Source: Octopus bimaculoides (lineage: Eukaryota). From it: a stretch of DNA of 64,000 bases. How positions within the stretch are numbered: the first letter of the stretch is position 1; the number at the start of each line of letters is the position of its first letter. Under the pieces are notes generated by a model. It worked only from the letters and a program-made list of their open reading frames with translations, was not told the DNA's origin and did no database searches. The stretch covers positions 26,695,937 to 26,759,936 of the forward strand of contig NC_068991.1 in assembly GCF_001194135.2 (NCBI RefSeq), in the 5' to 3' direction. The position numbers and the translations under genes were made by a program. Below, piece by piece: positions 23,385 to 34,779 of the stretch.

Positions 23385-24342
23385 GCAACCGCTCATATTC
23401 ATTGCAATTCAAAATGGAAGATATCGTATGTTTTTGTTCGCTGAAACTTTTCTCTGTAGTAGAAACTCATTTTTCATATACTTTACTGCTGCAAATAACC
23501 TACGTTTTATTCTTTCGATATTTTATTTGCAAAATAACTACAAGAATACATTTTCCTTTTTGTATTCCCTTTTGCTTTTGTTAGTGACTTCTGCATTTCG
23601 TGGCGTGGAAAATTTGCATAATTCCATTATACTGAAAGCATAATTCCATAATACTGAAGTTCTTCCACACTGCGAGGCAGTTTAAAGAGTTGAAGGCAGA
23701 CTAAAGCATATTTCTTGACCCTTTTGGTTAGAGAATTAACATAGAGTTAGCAGACTTACTTTGTAAAGCCCTATAATTGTTGCTGAAGCATCGATGTAAT
23801 AACTAATGCAGATTTCACAATTTTTGAGAACAGGTGTACTATTAAACGCAAGATTGGAGCATGCACCTCAGACTGAAAGGAATTCCAGGTGACGTAATCT
23901 CGAGTACGAAATAAAAGGTTTTTTTTACGGAACTGGAGGAAATTGGGAAGGAAAAGCTATGGCGAGGGTGAATGGAAAATGTTTAGTGGTGGCCTACACG
24001 CTAGCGCTAAAGTGACCCAAGTGTCTGAGTTGATAACTGATGGAATTTTAATACGTTTAATGATTTTAAGAAGTAGCATTTATCTTTCCTATAAACAAAG
24101 ACGATCTTTTTCAAAGATTCACCTTTCTCATAGATATTGATGTATTCCTATAAATGCAGTACATAGAAGAAAACTGAAGAACTATAAAAGCAAATAACGT
24201 AGGCTCTTAGAACGTGTATAAATTCTGATTAAAAATTTAATACTAAATTAATACAACCATTCAAAATATCTATAAAAGGGCGCTGCCATTGTACACTTAT
24301 TTTACACAGAAAAGAACACCATAGAATATTTCCAGAGCAACA

Positions 24343-24482
24343 CCTCTCACTCTCTCCCTCTTTATCTCTCTCTTTCTCCGTCTTTCTCTCTCTCTTTCTC
24401 CGTCTTTCTCTCTCTCTTTCTCCGTCTTTCTCTCTCTCTTTCTCCCTCTTTCTCTCTCTCTCTCTCTCTCTCTCTTTCTCCC

Positions 24483-24537
<55 letters not shown>
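24343..24537. repeat. (TC)n tract with a repeated TTTCTCCGTCTTTCTCTC subunit
   Basis: Direct reading. Confidence 0.9.
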
Positions 24538-24539
<2 letters not shown>

Positions 24540-27435
24540 CAAAAATTACGTCATGCATATTAAGTTTGTCTGATAATGACCGAATAGTTGTGACGAACAG
24601 CAGTGTTAATGATTATAAAAAGATAAAAGTGAGTCAACGAGCCGTATAAGCGCTTTTTGCATATATTTACAGATGTAGCTAGACCATTGAAAGAAAATCC
24701 TTTCTTCCAGACAAAACAATATCGATAATATAATCGAGTGTACTAAATTGACTGGTTAAATAAAGTATTTAAAGCAAAAATTAGAAATAAATATATTATA
24801 TAAAGAGTAATACACGAAAATAGAAATCTCGAGTTGTAAAGAATATAAGAAATATAAATGCACGTGGAAGTATGTGCGCGCGTGAGGCTGTTTGTACTAC
24901 AAACACTGGTTGTGACTGAACTACAAAGAATCTAAACTCATTCGATGTCTGCAGGATTGCAAAAAAACTTGTGACACAGTTTTTCACGAGATGTAACCTG
25001 ATTTGACTAGGGATTTGTTAGGGAGATATATAAAAAGACTAATTTGCATATTTTTGCGTTTGACTGTTCATCAATAATTAAACAGTATATAAAACTTACA
25101 CAACACAGCGCCAATCACAAATACTAAAATAAATTTTAAAAAAAACAATGAACGAATAAACATGAAATGGAAAATTCGTATAAATAAAAGCTCGTTGAAA
25201 ACTTTCTTGATCCGAATATTTAACTTGTGAACGTAGTAAATATTTCTTTCAGTTATGTATCGCAGTTGTTTGCAAATAGCGAATTAAAGCTAGAAATGAA
25301 AACAATAAAATAGACAGTGAGAGACTTTGCTGAAAATGGAAAATTTCGCCGGTGCTACGCCAATACCGAAAGTTTACATCGAGAAACCTTTTTCAAAGAA
25401 AAATGGCTCCTTACACGAAATTGTAATAAAAGCTTTTATTAAAGACCCATTTATGCCTGAGCTGCTGTATTGTATCTGGATGGAAGTTATTCTAAGTTAT
25501 AATTAGTTAATTAGTGAATATGAGTATGTTCCCTTAATTGTGGATACAAATAATATTTTTACTTGATCTTGGCGTGAAACGACATCCAAATGTCCTACGA
25601 ATGGCGAAGCGTACAAGATATTGTTATCTTACGTGAACAATGACAGATAAAAAGGCCATGTTCTCAAAGTTACAGTGAGTTTGATAATATGCTACACCAG
25701 TCATAGATGTCTTGAATTTAAGCAACGACAACAACGAGTCACCTATCCTTCATTGTATATTCACTATCGTAATGAGACGAGAGCAAACAAAATTCTGTGT
25801 AAATGCTTCAGCTAAACAGATAAGATATCGCAGTCGCATCTCTATCAAATTAAATCGGAGCTTGCTGAGGCACCTTAGAAATCAAACTAACAGACTTGAT
25901 CATTTAGTTATAGATAAATTGTGCCAGAGAAACAAATGAATGCTCATAGATGGAACATTTTTTATCGTAGTTTAGCTTGACTAGGAGGTTATCTGTTTGG
26001 AAAAGCACCAAGTAATATAATCTGTTTCACTGTGCAATATGTTTACAAAAACATGACAAGCACTTTCCACCATGTTGATTGAAGAAAATTTCTTTTGATA
26101 TATCTTTAGGATAAATGAAGATCACTGCATTCAAATTTACTCTCTTTCATTCATGCTACTTCTGAAGTTCTGCAACATCATTAATAATTCTTTATTACTA
26201 TTACTTCTGTCTTCACATTTTCAAAAGCTTTTGATGTGACCAAACAGGATAATCGCCATAGATGAAGGTAAAGCTACCACAGCTCATTCTGAAGACTAAA
26301 TGTTTTGTAGTATTACAACTGATAAAGCAATACAAAAGTTTCCGCTTTGTTTAATGCATTCTATGTTTTATAAACTGAAATACCTTAGTCTAAACATTAT
26401 ATAAAGCGACAAACTGGAAGTATTGTTAAAGAGTGGGATAGATATTTTTTCCGTTTCTCAGCTCCCACTGATTTCAAATCTCTTGATTAAATTTAACCTT
26501 TATCCTTTCAGACTCGCGAAAATTAATAATCTAAGGCGTTAGGTTTGGCAGAACTGTTAAATTACTATGTTGTAGATTTGATTTTTTCTAGGTTTGTAGT
26601 TTTATAAATCCACGGCTGTGATGAAACGAATACCAAACTGTTATTGTCCTTATCTTTTCTCTTGCACAACAGCAGTAGCGTATAAATGTGCTGTATGGGC
26701 AATTGTTCTTCTTTCACAAAATTAATCTTTACTAGGTTTGCGCATATAGTTTCCCATACATAGACAACTATATACCCTCACCGATACAGGCAACTGGATG
26801 TATTTTGTCACTCAATATATTTCCAGTATTAATGGTTAACATTAAGGTTTTGAAACCCAAAATGGTTGTATGGTATTCCATGCTCTAACTGTAACACAGC
26901 TACTATGATTTCAAAGCACAAAAGACATTCGATAAATTAATATTTCTTCGCAAAGTTATGACAGTGGAGATACACTGAAAGGGAAGCTAAAAGAAATTCA
27001 TAACCAACAATCAGCATAACGTCGTGATAATTAACATCGTTCTTACACATAATTTTATTCCAATCTCCACTGATTCTCTTAAGCATAATGACCGATATTT
27101 TGTTAAAATCGTTGTTAAAACATTGCGAAAATACTAAATCAATTTGGACGCAAATATAAAGACAACGCGAAGGCAATCGACCATCTTCTATATTTGGACA
27201 AACTCAGAATGTACCTTATAAATGTTAAGAAAAATAAAACTATTTGTAGACATTGCAAAGATTTACTAGAAAATTTGGGTGCCTGTCATATTTTTACTAC
27301 TCAATTTTACTAAACAATTTGGGCATTAGTCATCAAGAAGCAGTTAACCGTTATAGTGACGATACTGTAAAAGAACGAGTAAGTGAAGTGAATGAAAGAG
27401 CTCAGACAGAAAGAATAAAATAACAATAATAACTG

Positions 27436-27700
27436 AATGTAGAATACACTGCGCAGAAAGTGACATAAGACAATTATGTAGGAAGGAAACTTTCCTTTGA
27501 ATATAGGAGCGCATTATAGCGTGCCCGGTATAGGAGTATCAAAATAATTAGTAGGGACAATCGGAAGCTAATACAAATATCCAGAAAACAAAGACGATAC
27601 AAATACATGCTTCCTCTTTTTGAGGAAGCCAACGAATACAAGATACTTGACAGGAGGAAAAAGAAAACATAGAAAACGTGAACAAGTTACAAGCTTAGAT
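27436..27700 (+). mobile_element. Highly decayed R4/Dong remnant D7
   Basis: Follows an AAT-like run at 27418-27432. HCAESDIRQL...KLIQISRKQRRYKYMLPLFEEANEYK aligns by eye with D2 HHPKSDIERL...KLIQIATKHEQNKKLFSVFKEADKYK. Confidence 0.5.
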
Positions 27701-28116
27701 ATAATTCAGATTGCAGACGTTCATGAATATACCGCAGAATAGATTTGGAGCTTTCATACACTGAACTTAATGCCATATTACAGAACGCCAAGAAACAATA
27801 GATGGTACTGTCATATTCCAGAGAAAACTCCATATAGAATGAGAAGCAGAGCAGCTTATGCAGTCTCATAAATATTCGGTTGACTATTGCTGATATCGGC
27901 CACCGATAATCAAACTAACAGCTCCAGTAAACGATAAAATAAGTGAACAATGTGTCCAAATGTACACAAAGATGTCGAAAATATTTAAAAAAATAAATAA
28001 TAAATAAAACAATCCATATATTAGTAAGCGATTAGGGAATGATACGAAAACATGGCGGCAAATTATCATATAGATTTGACTGCTGTTTGATCATATTTCC
28101 ACTGAAATTATATATC

Positions 28117-28331
28117 TTTTGTATTCTAGGCTCAAGGCCTAAAATTTTGGGGGAGGGAGCAAGTCGATTAGATCGATCCCATTGCGCAACTGGTACTTAA
28201 TTCATCGACCCGGAAAGGATGAAAGTCAAAGTCGACCTCGGCGGAATTTAAGCTCAGAACACAAAGACAGACGATATACCGCTAAGCATTTCACCCGGCG
28301 TGCTAACGTTTCTGCCAGTTCGCGGCCTTAG
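28117..28331 (-). mobile_element. SINE family A, full length, 14-bp TSD
   Basis: TGAAATTATATATC at 28103-28116 and 28332-28345. Confidence 0.9.
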
Positions 28332-29059
28332 TGAAATTATATATCGTATTATTAGAGAAGTAACCTTTAAATATTTAAAAATAACATCCAGGTAATTTTT
28401 TTTTTTTTTGATCATTGGAATTTCAGTTCGTGTTTTAAAATTATTTTCAACAAAAGTGATGTGAAGTAAAAAAAACAAAATCAGTTTATAAGGACGTCTG
28501 CTACTACAGCTATACATTGATCGCATTATAATCTGAATTTCTTACACGTGTAGATTTCTTATACAAGAATTAATAATCAACTGGGAATCTGAAGGATACT
28601 GTGCTCATAAACTAACTTGAATGAAAGAAAAAATAATGAAATACTTCGTTTTCAGACGAAAACTTTCTTTGCATATTTTAGTAATTATTGACTCTCTACA
28701 AGATAGAAATACTTTTGAGCACAACGATTTCCTATATCCGGAAATGCAATGACTGAAATATAACATAACAAATCAAATGTTTCGAGCTTTAGGTTTAACC
28801 TTTTCTGGCCTCTGTCAAGACAAGATTCCCTGTTACTTTGTGGAATATCTTCTTTAACTCTTTATCCCAGTATCAACACCCATATTCATTTGTCTTCTGT
28901 GACACTGTTACATTGCTAGCATTTCCTCTGTGAAACAGTTTTTGAAAATGATTTGCAACGTCATGACATGGAAGTCATATTTAACGAATTCTAATTCTCG
29001 TATGAACTGTTAGAAATGTTATTATTATTCAAGTTGCATGCAACATGCACACAGTCGCT

Positions 29060-29063
29060 TACA

Positions 29064-29094
<31 letters not shown>

Positions 29095-29170
29095 GCACAC
29101 ACGCACGCACGCACGCACGCATATATGCATATATATATATATACACATATACATCGCGTGTGCGTGTGTG
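29060..29170. repeat. Alternating purine-pyrimidine tract (CA)n(CG)n(CACG)n(TA)n
   Basis: Direct reading. Confidence 0.9.
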
Positions 29171-30466
29171 TAAGACAAATTTATTGACATGGGCAAATTC
29201 TACAATGTCAGGTGAATAATTTGTTCTACGTATTACGAATTGGACACCAAAATCGCTGCCGCGGAAAGTAGACAGCCAGATTTAGTACATCGGCTGCTAT
29301 ATCGCACACGTTCTTTTCTCAGGCACGGACAGACTTCATCGTAAAATATCGAAGACGACATTGTGGAAATGGATGCCACTGGTAATTCAGCAGTGAACAG
29401 TGCGACGATAAATTTGTCCTTTAATGACGCATATTTAGTCACATTCCACTTTAGCACCTAGGAGGGAGCAGATCTCTAAATTATGACGGTAGGTACAAAA
29501 CTGTTTCTAGAGAATTTAATGCAGCATTTGGTTTCTCAGATGATTGGCTAACCTACATAAAACTGAAAAAACAGATATTCTGCCCGTACACCTGCAGTTT
29601 CTGTTTTCAATTGCTGACCAGAATATCTATATCGTTTAATAGCAACAGTCACTGCGCCGTTTCGAAGGTAATATTCGACTTTATGACAAAATAAGGAGTA
29701 TATGTCAATCTCGTGGATAGTAGCGCCCTTTATGTGGATCGCTCACCTAGAAACCGATATGCAGAAACCGATCGCTTACCCTGAAACCGATAATGCAGAG
29801 GTATTCATACTTGAGGAGAGTACCGGGTGACTAAGAGGAAAGCAGACACTGTTGGATTAATGCGTGGAGGCAGACAAGACGGCCTTGGCTGAACGATGAT
29901 TTGATTTTTTTCAGGTTGTCTACAAATGCACCTGTCTAAAACCGGTTATCATAGTTTAACTTATAATGTTACAGGATCTGCTACTATCTTACTCTGTACT
30001 AGAAGTGTTACAGTACTGTAAACACGTTGTTCAGCTCTTACACTATCAAGCGAAATTTAAAATAAACTTTATCTCAGCCTGCTTAAAGCAACAAATATCC
30101 CCTAGTCAAAACAATTACTGTGTATTTTCATCCTCCTTAGAACCACAAACAAAAGCTATTGCCTCGTGTCGATATCATTAATATCAATACCACAAAATTA
30201 GAAAGCACCGACCATACTGATTTCATTTACTATTAAGCTTATTTGCCGTAATCTAACAGTAAGGTAATTTCCCAGTAATCTGTTGCGAAATAGGTGTTTA
30301 TTGTACCGAAGCTACTGCTATGATAATGGAGGTTAATGTTAATGAGATTTTTATTGACAAGCATTTGCTCATGATCTTAAGAGATCAGAGCATACAATGT
30401 ATATTAACCACGTGGTTTTCGAAAGTGATCGATATAATAGATATACTGAATATTCGAAAAAATATA

Positions 30467-31702
30467 CAAGGTACGCAAAGGTATTTGAGGACATACTTTT
30501 TTGAGTCATTGCTGCACATTTTCAAACTCTGTATAATCTTTGTTTCAGAAAATAATAATGGCACGCTCTCAGCTTACTCAAGAAAGGAAGAGGCATGCTG
30601 TTATTGCGGTTATAAAGGCTGAGCATAGCGATTTAGAAATCTCGATTGTTAAAAGCTGCCAGATCTTTCGTCAACAAAGTTTGTAAGGAGCTATAGACTG
30701 AAGATAGAACTGTATCACCAGTATCAAAGCATAAAAAGCATTCTAAACGCTCTGAGATCCTCAGAACACCTGAATTTATCCAGAAAGTTCAACAGACGAT
30801 TGATTACTATCCCAGAAAGTCCATGAGGTTAATTGCATAAGATCTCCATGTGTCAGAAAGAACAGTCAGAAATGTTGTCCACGGAGACATTAGATGTAAG
30901 TTTCATATGATGAGGAAAGGTCAATTTGTCAGAAAAAGCAAAGAAAAATCACTACATCAGATTTAAAAGACTCTTAAACAAACTGAAAAATCCATCATCA
31001 GAAGATTTGATTTGGTTTTTCTCAACCGAGAAAAACTTCAGCCAAGATCAAAAAGTTAACAGAAGAACTGGCAGGTAGTTATGTGCAGACCCTTCTGAAG
31101 TTCCAAGTTTTATGCATACAAAACAAAATTGTCTGCAACTGTCATGGTTTTGGGGTTGTTAGCAATGAAGGACATGTGATGCCTCTTTACTTCTTTCCAC
31201 ATGGCCTTAGAGTTGACGCTGTCGCCTATATTGAGGTCCTGGAAATAATTGTTAAACCCTGGATAGACATCGAATGCAATATGGTTCAGTAAGACTTTGC
31301 ACTATTATACTAGGCTCTAGTAACACAGGAATGGATGGCTGAAATGTTTCATGATCACAGAACCCCTGTGACCATCTGCCCTCTTAATTCCCCAGATCAC
31401 AATCTATTGGACTATTATATGCGGAGCGTGGTTGAGATAGAGGTCAATGAACACGCTCATAGCATCAAAGATTCTTTGAAAGCTACCATAGTCAGAGTAA
31501 TGTCCAAGATGAACCAAAACGACTTGATTCGAGCATGTAGATGATTTAGATCTCATTTAGAAGCAGTTGTTGAAGCTGTAGATGGTTTTATTGAATAACA
31601 TTGTAGAATAGAATGTTTATTTTTATCATCTTTTGATATATATTGTTTTTTTTCTTTTTTTTTATAAACATAAACCTGTCCTCAAATATCTTACGCACCC
31701 TA
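30467..31702 (+). mobile_element. DD37D (maT/Bmmar1-like) Tc1/mariner fossil, near full length
   Basis: TIRs CAAGGTACGCAAAGGTATTTGAGGACA / TGTCCTCAAATATCTTACGCACCCT, TA-flanked. Broken ORF 30558-31598 with FSTEKNFSQDQKVNRR, VMVLGVVSNEGHVMP, NSPDHNLLDYY, RSHLEAVVEAVDGFIE*. Confidence 0.85.
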
Positions 31703-34320
31703 TATAATGAAGAAATAGAAAGTTATTCTTAGACGCATGGAGGGTGGAGGCAGGAATATTCTCGTGCAATTTGCCTCCAATCACACCTTGCCTATTTTAA
31801 AATGGAAAGAAGCAATGGCTAGTGTGGTCGTAGAAACATTGTTTTAAAACAGATGAAGTAGTCAAGGTTGGAACGCCATTTCGATCATTGATCTTGATCT
31901 GACCACCACTGAGTGAGTCTAAACAAAACCATCAAATAATTTATTTTGAGGTATATCTTAACTCTTTGGAAACAGTTAAGTACATTTCCGTCGCTTTGGA
32001 GATTGTGTAAGCATCATTCACTTCAATCTCGATACTAGATGATGCCAAAACTGTTACCTGTGTATAACCTAGTGACGCTCATTTTATCACGATATAACAG
32101 ATTGTCAATATCACGGACTGCCCTCAATGTTACCTCTATATTTCATTCTGCTGCCAAAGTTAACTTATTACAGCGCCGTCATAACGACCACAATAATACT
32201 GACTGTCAACAACTTTTAAATTTATATGTAATTTTACTAGGGACAACTGGAAGATGAACAGGTATGGATTTTAAGAAATAATTGTAATTACATGCACGTT
32301 TCTCGTCATGATGTGAATAAATATTCCTGCACAAGCTGCCAGCGATACGATATTCTTTTATATCTGTCAGTCGAAGAGTTTTAGAAAATCTTTTCTAAAT
32401 AAAACGAATTACGATTTTAGGTTTCCTATTGATATAACTAACACTCCCTCGAGGTAGAGAGGGAATCATTGCTGTCACAGTCATATTCTTCAACAAATCA
32501 TAACTGTCTTGAGGAATTTCATTACAGTGTCACCAATAATCTTCCACCAAGCATAAATGATAGTTTTAAGAATTGAAGTACTTAGATAATGTTATCGTAC
32601 CAATACGAAAATATGGTTTGGTTGTGGATGGAACAACTGGAAGTCTTTGATTATTTGTTTGTGGAATCAAAGCTGATCATCTGGGTTTCAAAATTATTAA
32701 TAGAAACATCAACTAATAATTCTAAATCTTAAAGTTCAACGTTATCAAATAGTGTTATTGCTGCTATTAGATTGAATGTAAATTTGATCAAATAATTCTT
32801 TGATTAAAAGCATTTCCCATATCACCTCCTTTCTCGTTTGTCGTGCATAGTGTACGAAGAAATACATAAAATTCTTTCGATTCTTTAAGACTTTAGGGTG
32901 TAGTTTAACGGAGATGTAATTCGTTTAATTGTAGGTCTAGTTTCGACGTACGTGATCTGTGATTGGTTCCATGAAATATGGTTATATTGTTGGCCAAATA
33001 TTATCTTTCATGTATTCCAATCGGAATAAAGGAAATTATTGTATATTAAAACAGATACTTAGGATCGACGCAATGAAGAACTTGAGGACAAAGGACATTT
33101 CTTTTTATTTTGAGAAACGCTTCTTTCGATATTAACATGAAAGAAAATTCCGCTGAGTAATATCAACTGAGAGATTATAGTTGATAGGAAACTTTTAAAT
33201 ACATATGAAACAATTAATATCTTCTAAACTCTGTTATATTACAATGTTATACATATTTTCAGTATTTTATTTAATAATACAATCACAGTTTCATTGGTCA
33301 GTCAAATAAATTGAGTTTAGACTGTATGGATATATTAAATACCGTGATTATGCAAAAGTGCTCTTTGCAGCTACTGATGTACAATACATGCTACTAAAAG
33401 CTGTTTGTTTTTAAAGAGCGTCTGTTAATCATTTGGGCAACATTATCCTTTTTTACCCTAGGAATCTGATATCTGAAACTATCAACAACACTCCCATTTA
33501 CTCCCTTATATGTTTCTACATGCTGGCATTATTGATTTTTTCTTTTATAACTTGAGAAATTTGGTGTTCTTCTGCAAAAAAAAATGAGTCATAAAGTCTT
33601 CCAAATATTCTAAATTCATTCGACATAATGCATTTATTTGATCAGGTATTCGTGTTCTTGCGTTTATATGCGGTTTCAATGTCCGTACATTTAGAGATCG
33701 TATTTGCATCTTAACTGCGCATTTCGTCAAATACTCATTTGTTATCGTGCGAAACCTTGCAAAAAAACAAGGCAATGAGATAACTTGATATGGTTTAATT
33801 GTGTATTTGCTACATATTCCTCCACAAATATTACAACATATCATGGTTTCTAACACGATATATGATATATTAATATTTCCCATTTCTGGATTCAGAACAA
33901 GCTCCCATTTGAGGCAGGAATATACAGATCATCGATAAAACATTCTGTTAACTTCTTCATTGTTGCTGTAATAATTTAGGGGTCAGGTCTTCGCTGAAGA
34001 AATAAATGTAGTATCATGAGCCAATGATATATACTTCAATTATACACCACTACCGATAATTCTTAGAATGCATTCTGTGATAAATATTACATTCTGTGAT
34101 AAATAGTCATGTTTTGTTAAAAATTAAGTCTACTGCACCTATATATAGAGTTTATTGCCATTGATATTGTACGTCACACCAACTTATCTCAAAATTATCT
34201 ATATTGTTTTCAATGCATTCTATCTACAGAACGTCTTACTGTATTGAACGAATTGTATCGTCTTATGACATTCATGATTCTAAACGAATTACGCTGCACA
34301 TGGAATATTTCTATTACATA

Positions 34321-34392
34321 CAGGTTTATAGCGTAGTGGTTAAGAGCGCGGGCTACTAACCCCAAGATTCCGAGTTCGATTCCACGCAGTAA

Positions 34393-34424
<32 letters not shown>

Positions 34425-34566
34425 TCGAAAAATACCTTAAGAATGAGAACCCAGGTTCGAAATTTTAACAAAACACCTGATGAAAGCTGGAGGGTATATC
34501 AGCCGAAACGTTGTGTTAACAACAAACAAGATGAAGACAATTATCCATCAAATGTAAATAATGTAA
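34321..34566 (+). mobile_element. SINE-like element family D: tRNA-like head, (AAT)9 linker and hammerhead module
   Basis: A box TAGCGTAGTGG 34329-39; B box AGTTCGATTCC 34373-83; (AAT)n 34397-34423; module 34424-34566. Confidence 0.8.
34472..34517 (+). ncRNA. Minimal type I hammerhead ribozyme motif HH1
   Basis: Stem I AACAC/GTGTT; CTGATGA 34477-83; stem II GCTG/CAGC with an A-C mismatch at its base; GAAAC 34505-09; GTT 34510-12. Confidence 0.6.
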
Positions 34567-34589
34567 CGTCGAGGTATATGGAAATGAAT

Positions 34590-34624
34590 ATTATTTACAT
34601 TTGACGGATATTTGTCCTCATCTT
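34590..34624 (-). repeat. Inverted 35-nt copy of the family D 3' tail
   Basis: The reverse complement AAGATGAGGACAAATATCCGTCAAATGTAAATAAT matches 34528-34562 (3 differences) and 34738-34772 (1 difference). Confidence 0.95.
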
Positions 34625-34779
34625 AACAATAACATCGAAAAATACCCCAGGAATGAGAACCCAGGTTCGAAATTTCCCCAAGACACCTGATGAAGGCTGG
34701 AAGGTATATCAGCTGAAACGTTGTGTTAACAACAAACAAGATGAGGACAAATATCCGTCAAGTGTAAATAATGTAAATA
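34625..34779 (+). mobile_element. Second, headless family D module containing hammerhead motif HH2 (34682-34727)
   Basis: Direct repeat of 34420-34566. ACAC 34683-86, CTGATGA 34687-93, GGCTG/CAGCT stem II (G-U base pair), GAAAC 34715-19, GTT 34720-22, GTGT 34723-26. Confidence 0.85.

Noticed and set aside
23614-23657. Short adjacent duplications (22 bp here; about 25 bp at 40755-40805)
   Set aside because: Ordinary slippage-type tandem duplications with no further structure.
24570-24600. CTGATAATGACCG motif (also 5681-5693) resembling a hammerhead start
   Set aside because: The core is not CUGANGA and there is no paired stem II or GAAA downstream.
26215-26260. FSKAFD, similar to a LINE RT motif
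   Set aside because: A single short match with no neighbouring RT motifs recognisable.
33700-33730. IRSLNVRTLK, similar to the start of a LINE APE endonuclease
   Set aside because: An isolated motif with no further endonuclease or RT motifs in order.
34321-34396. Possible tRNA gene
   Set aside because: It has A and B boxes but a weak anticodon stem and no convincing acceptor stem, and it continues into a repeat body. Treated as a SINE head, as are the family A, B and C heads.
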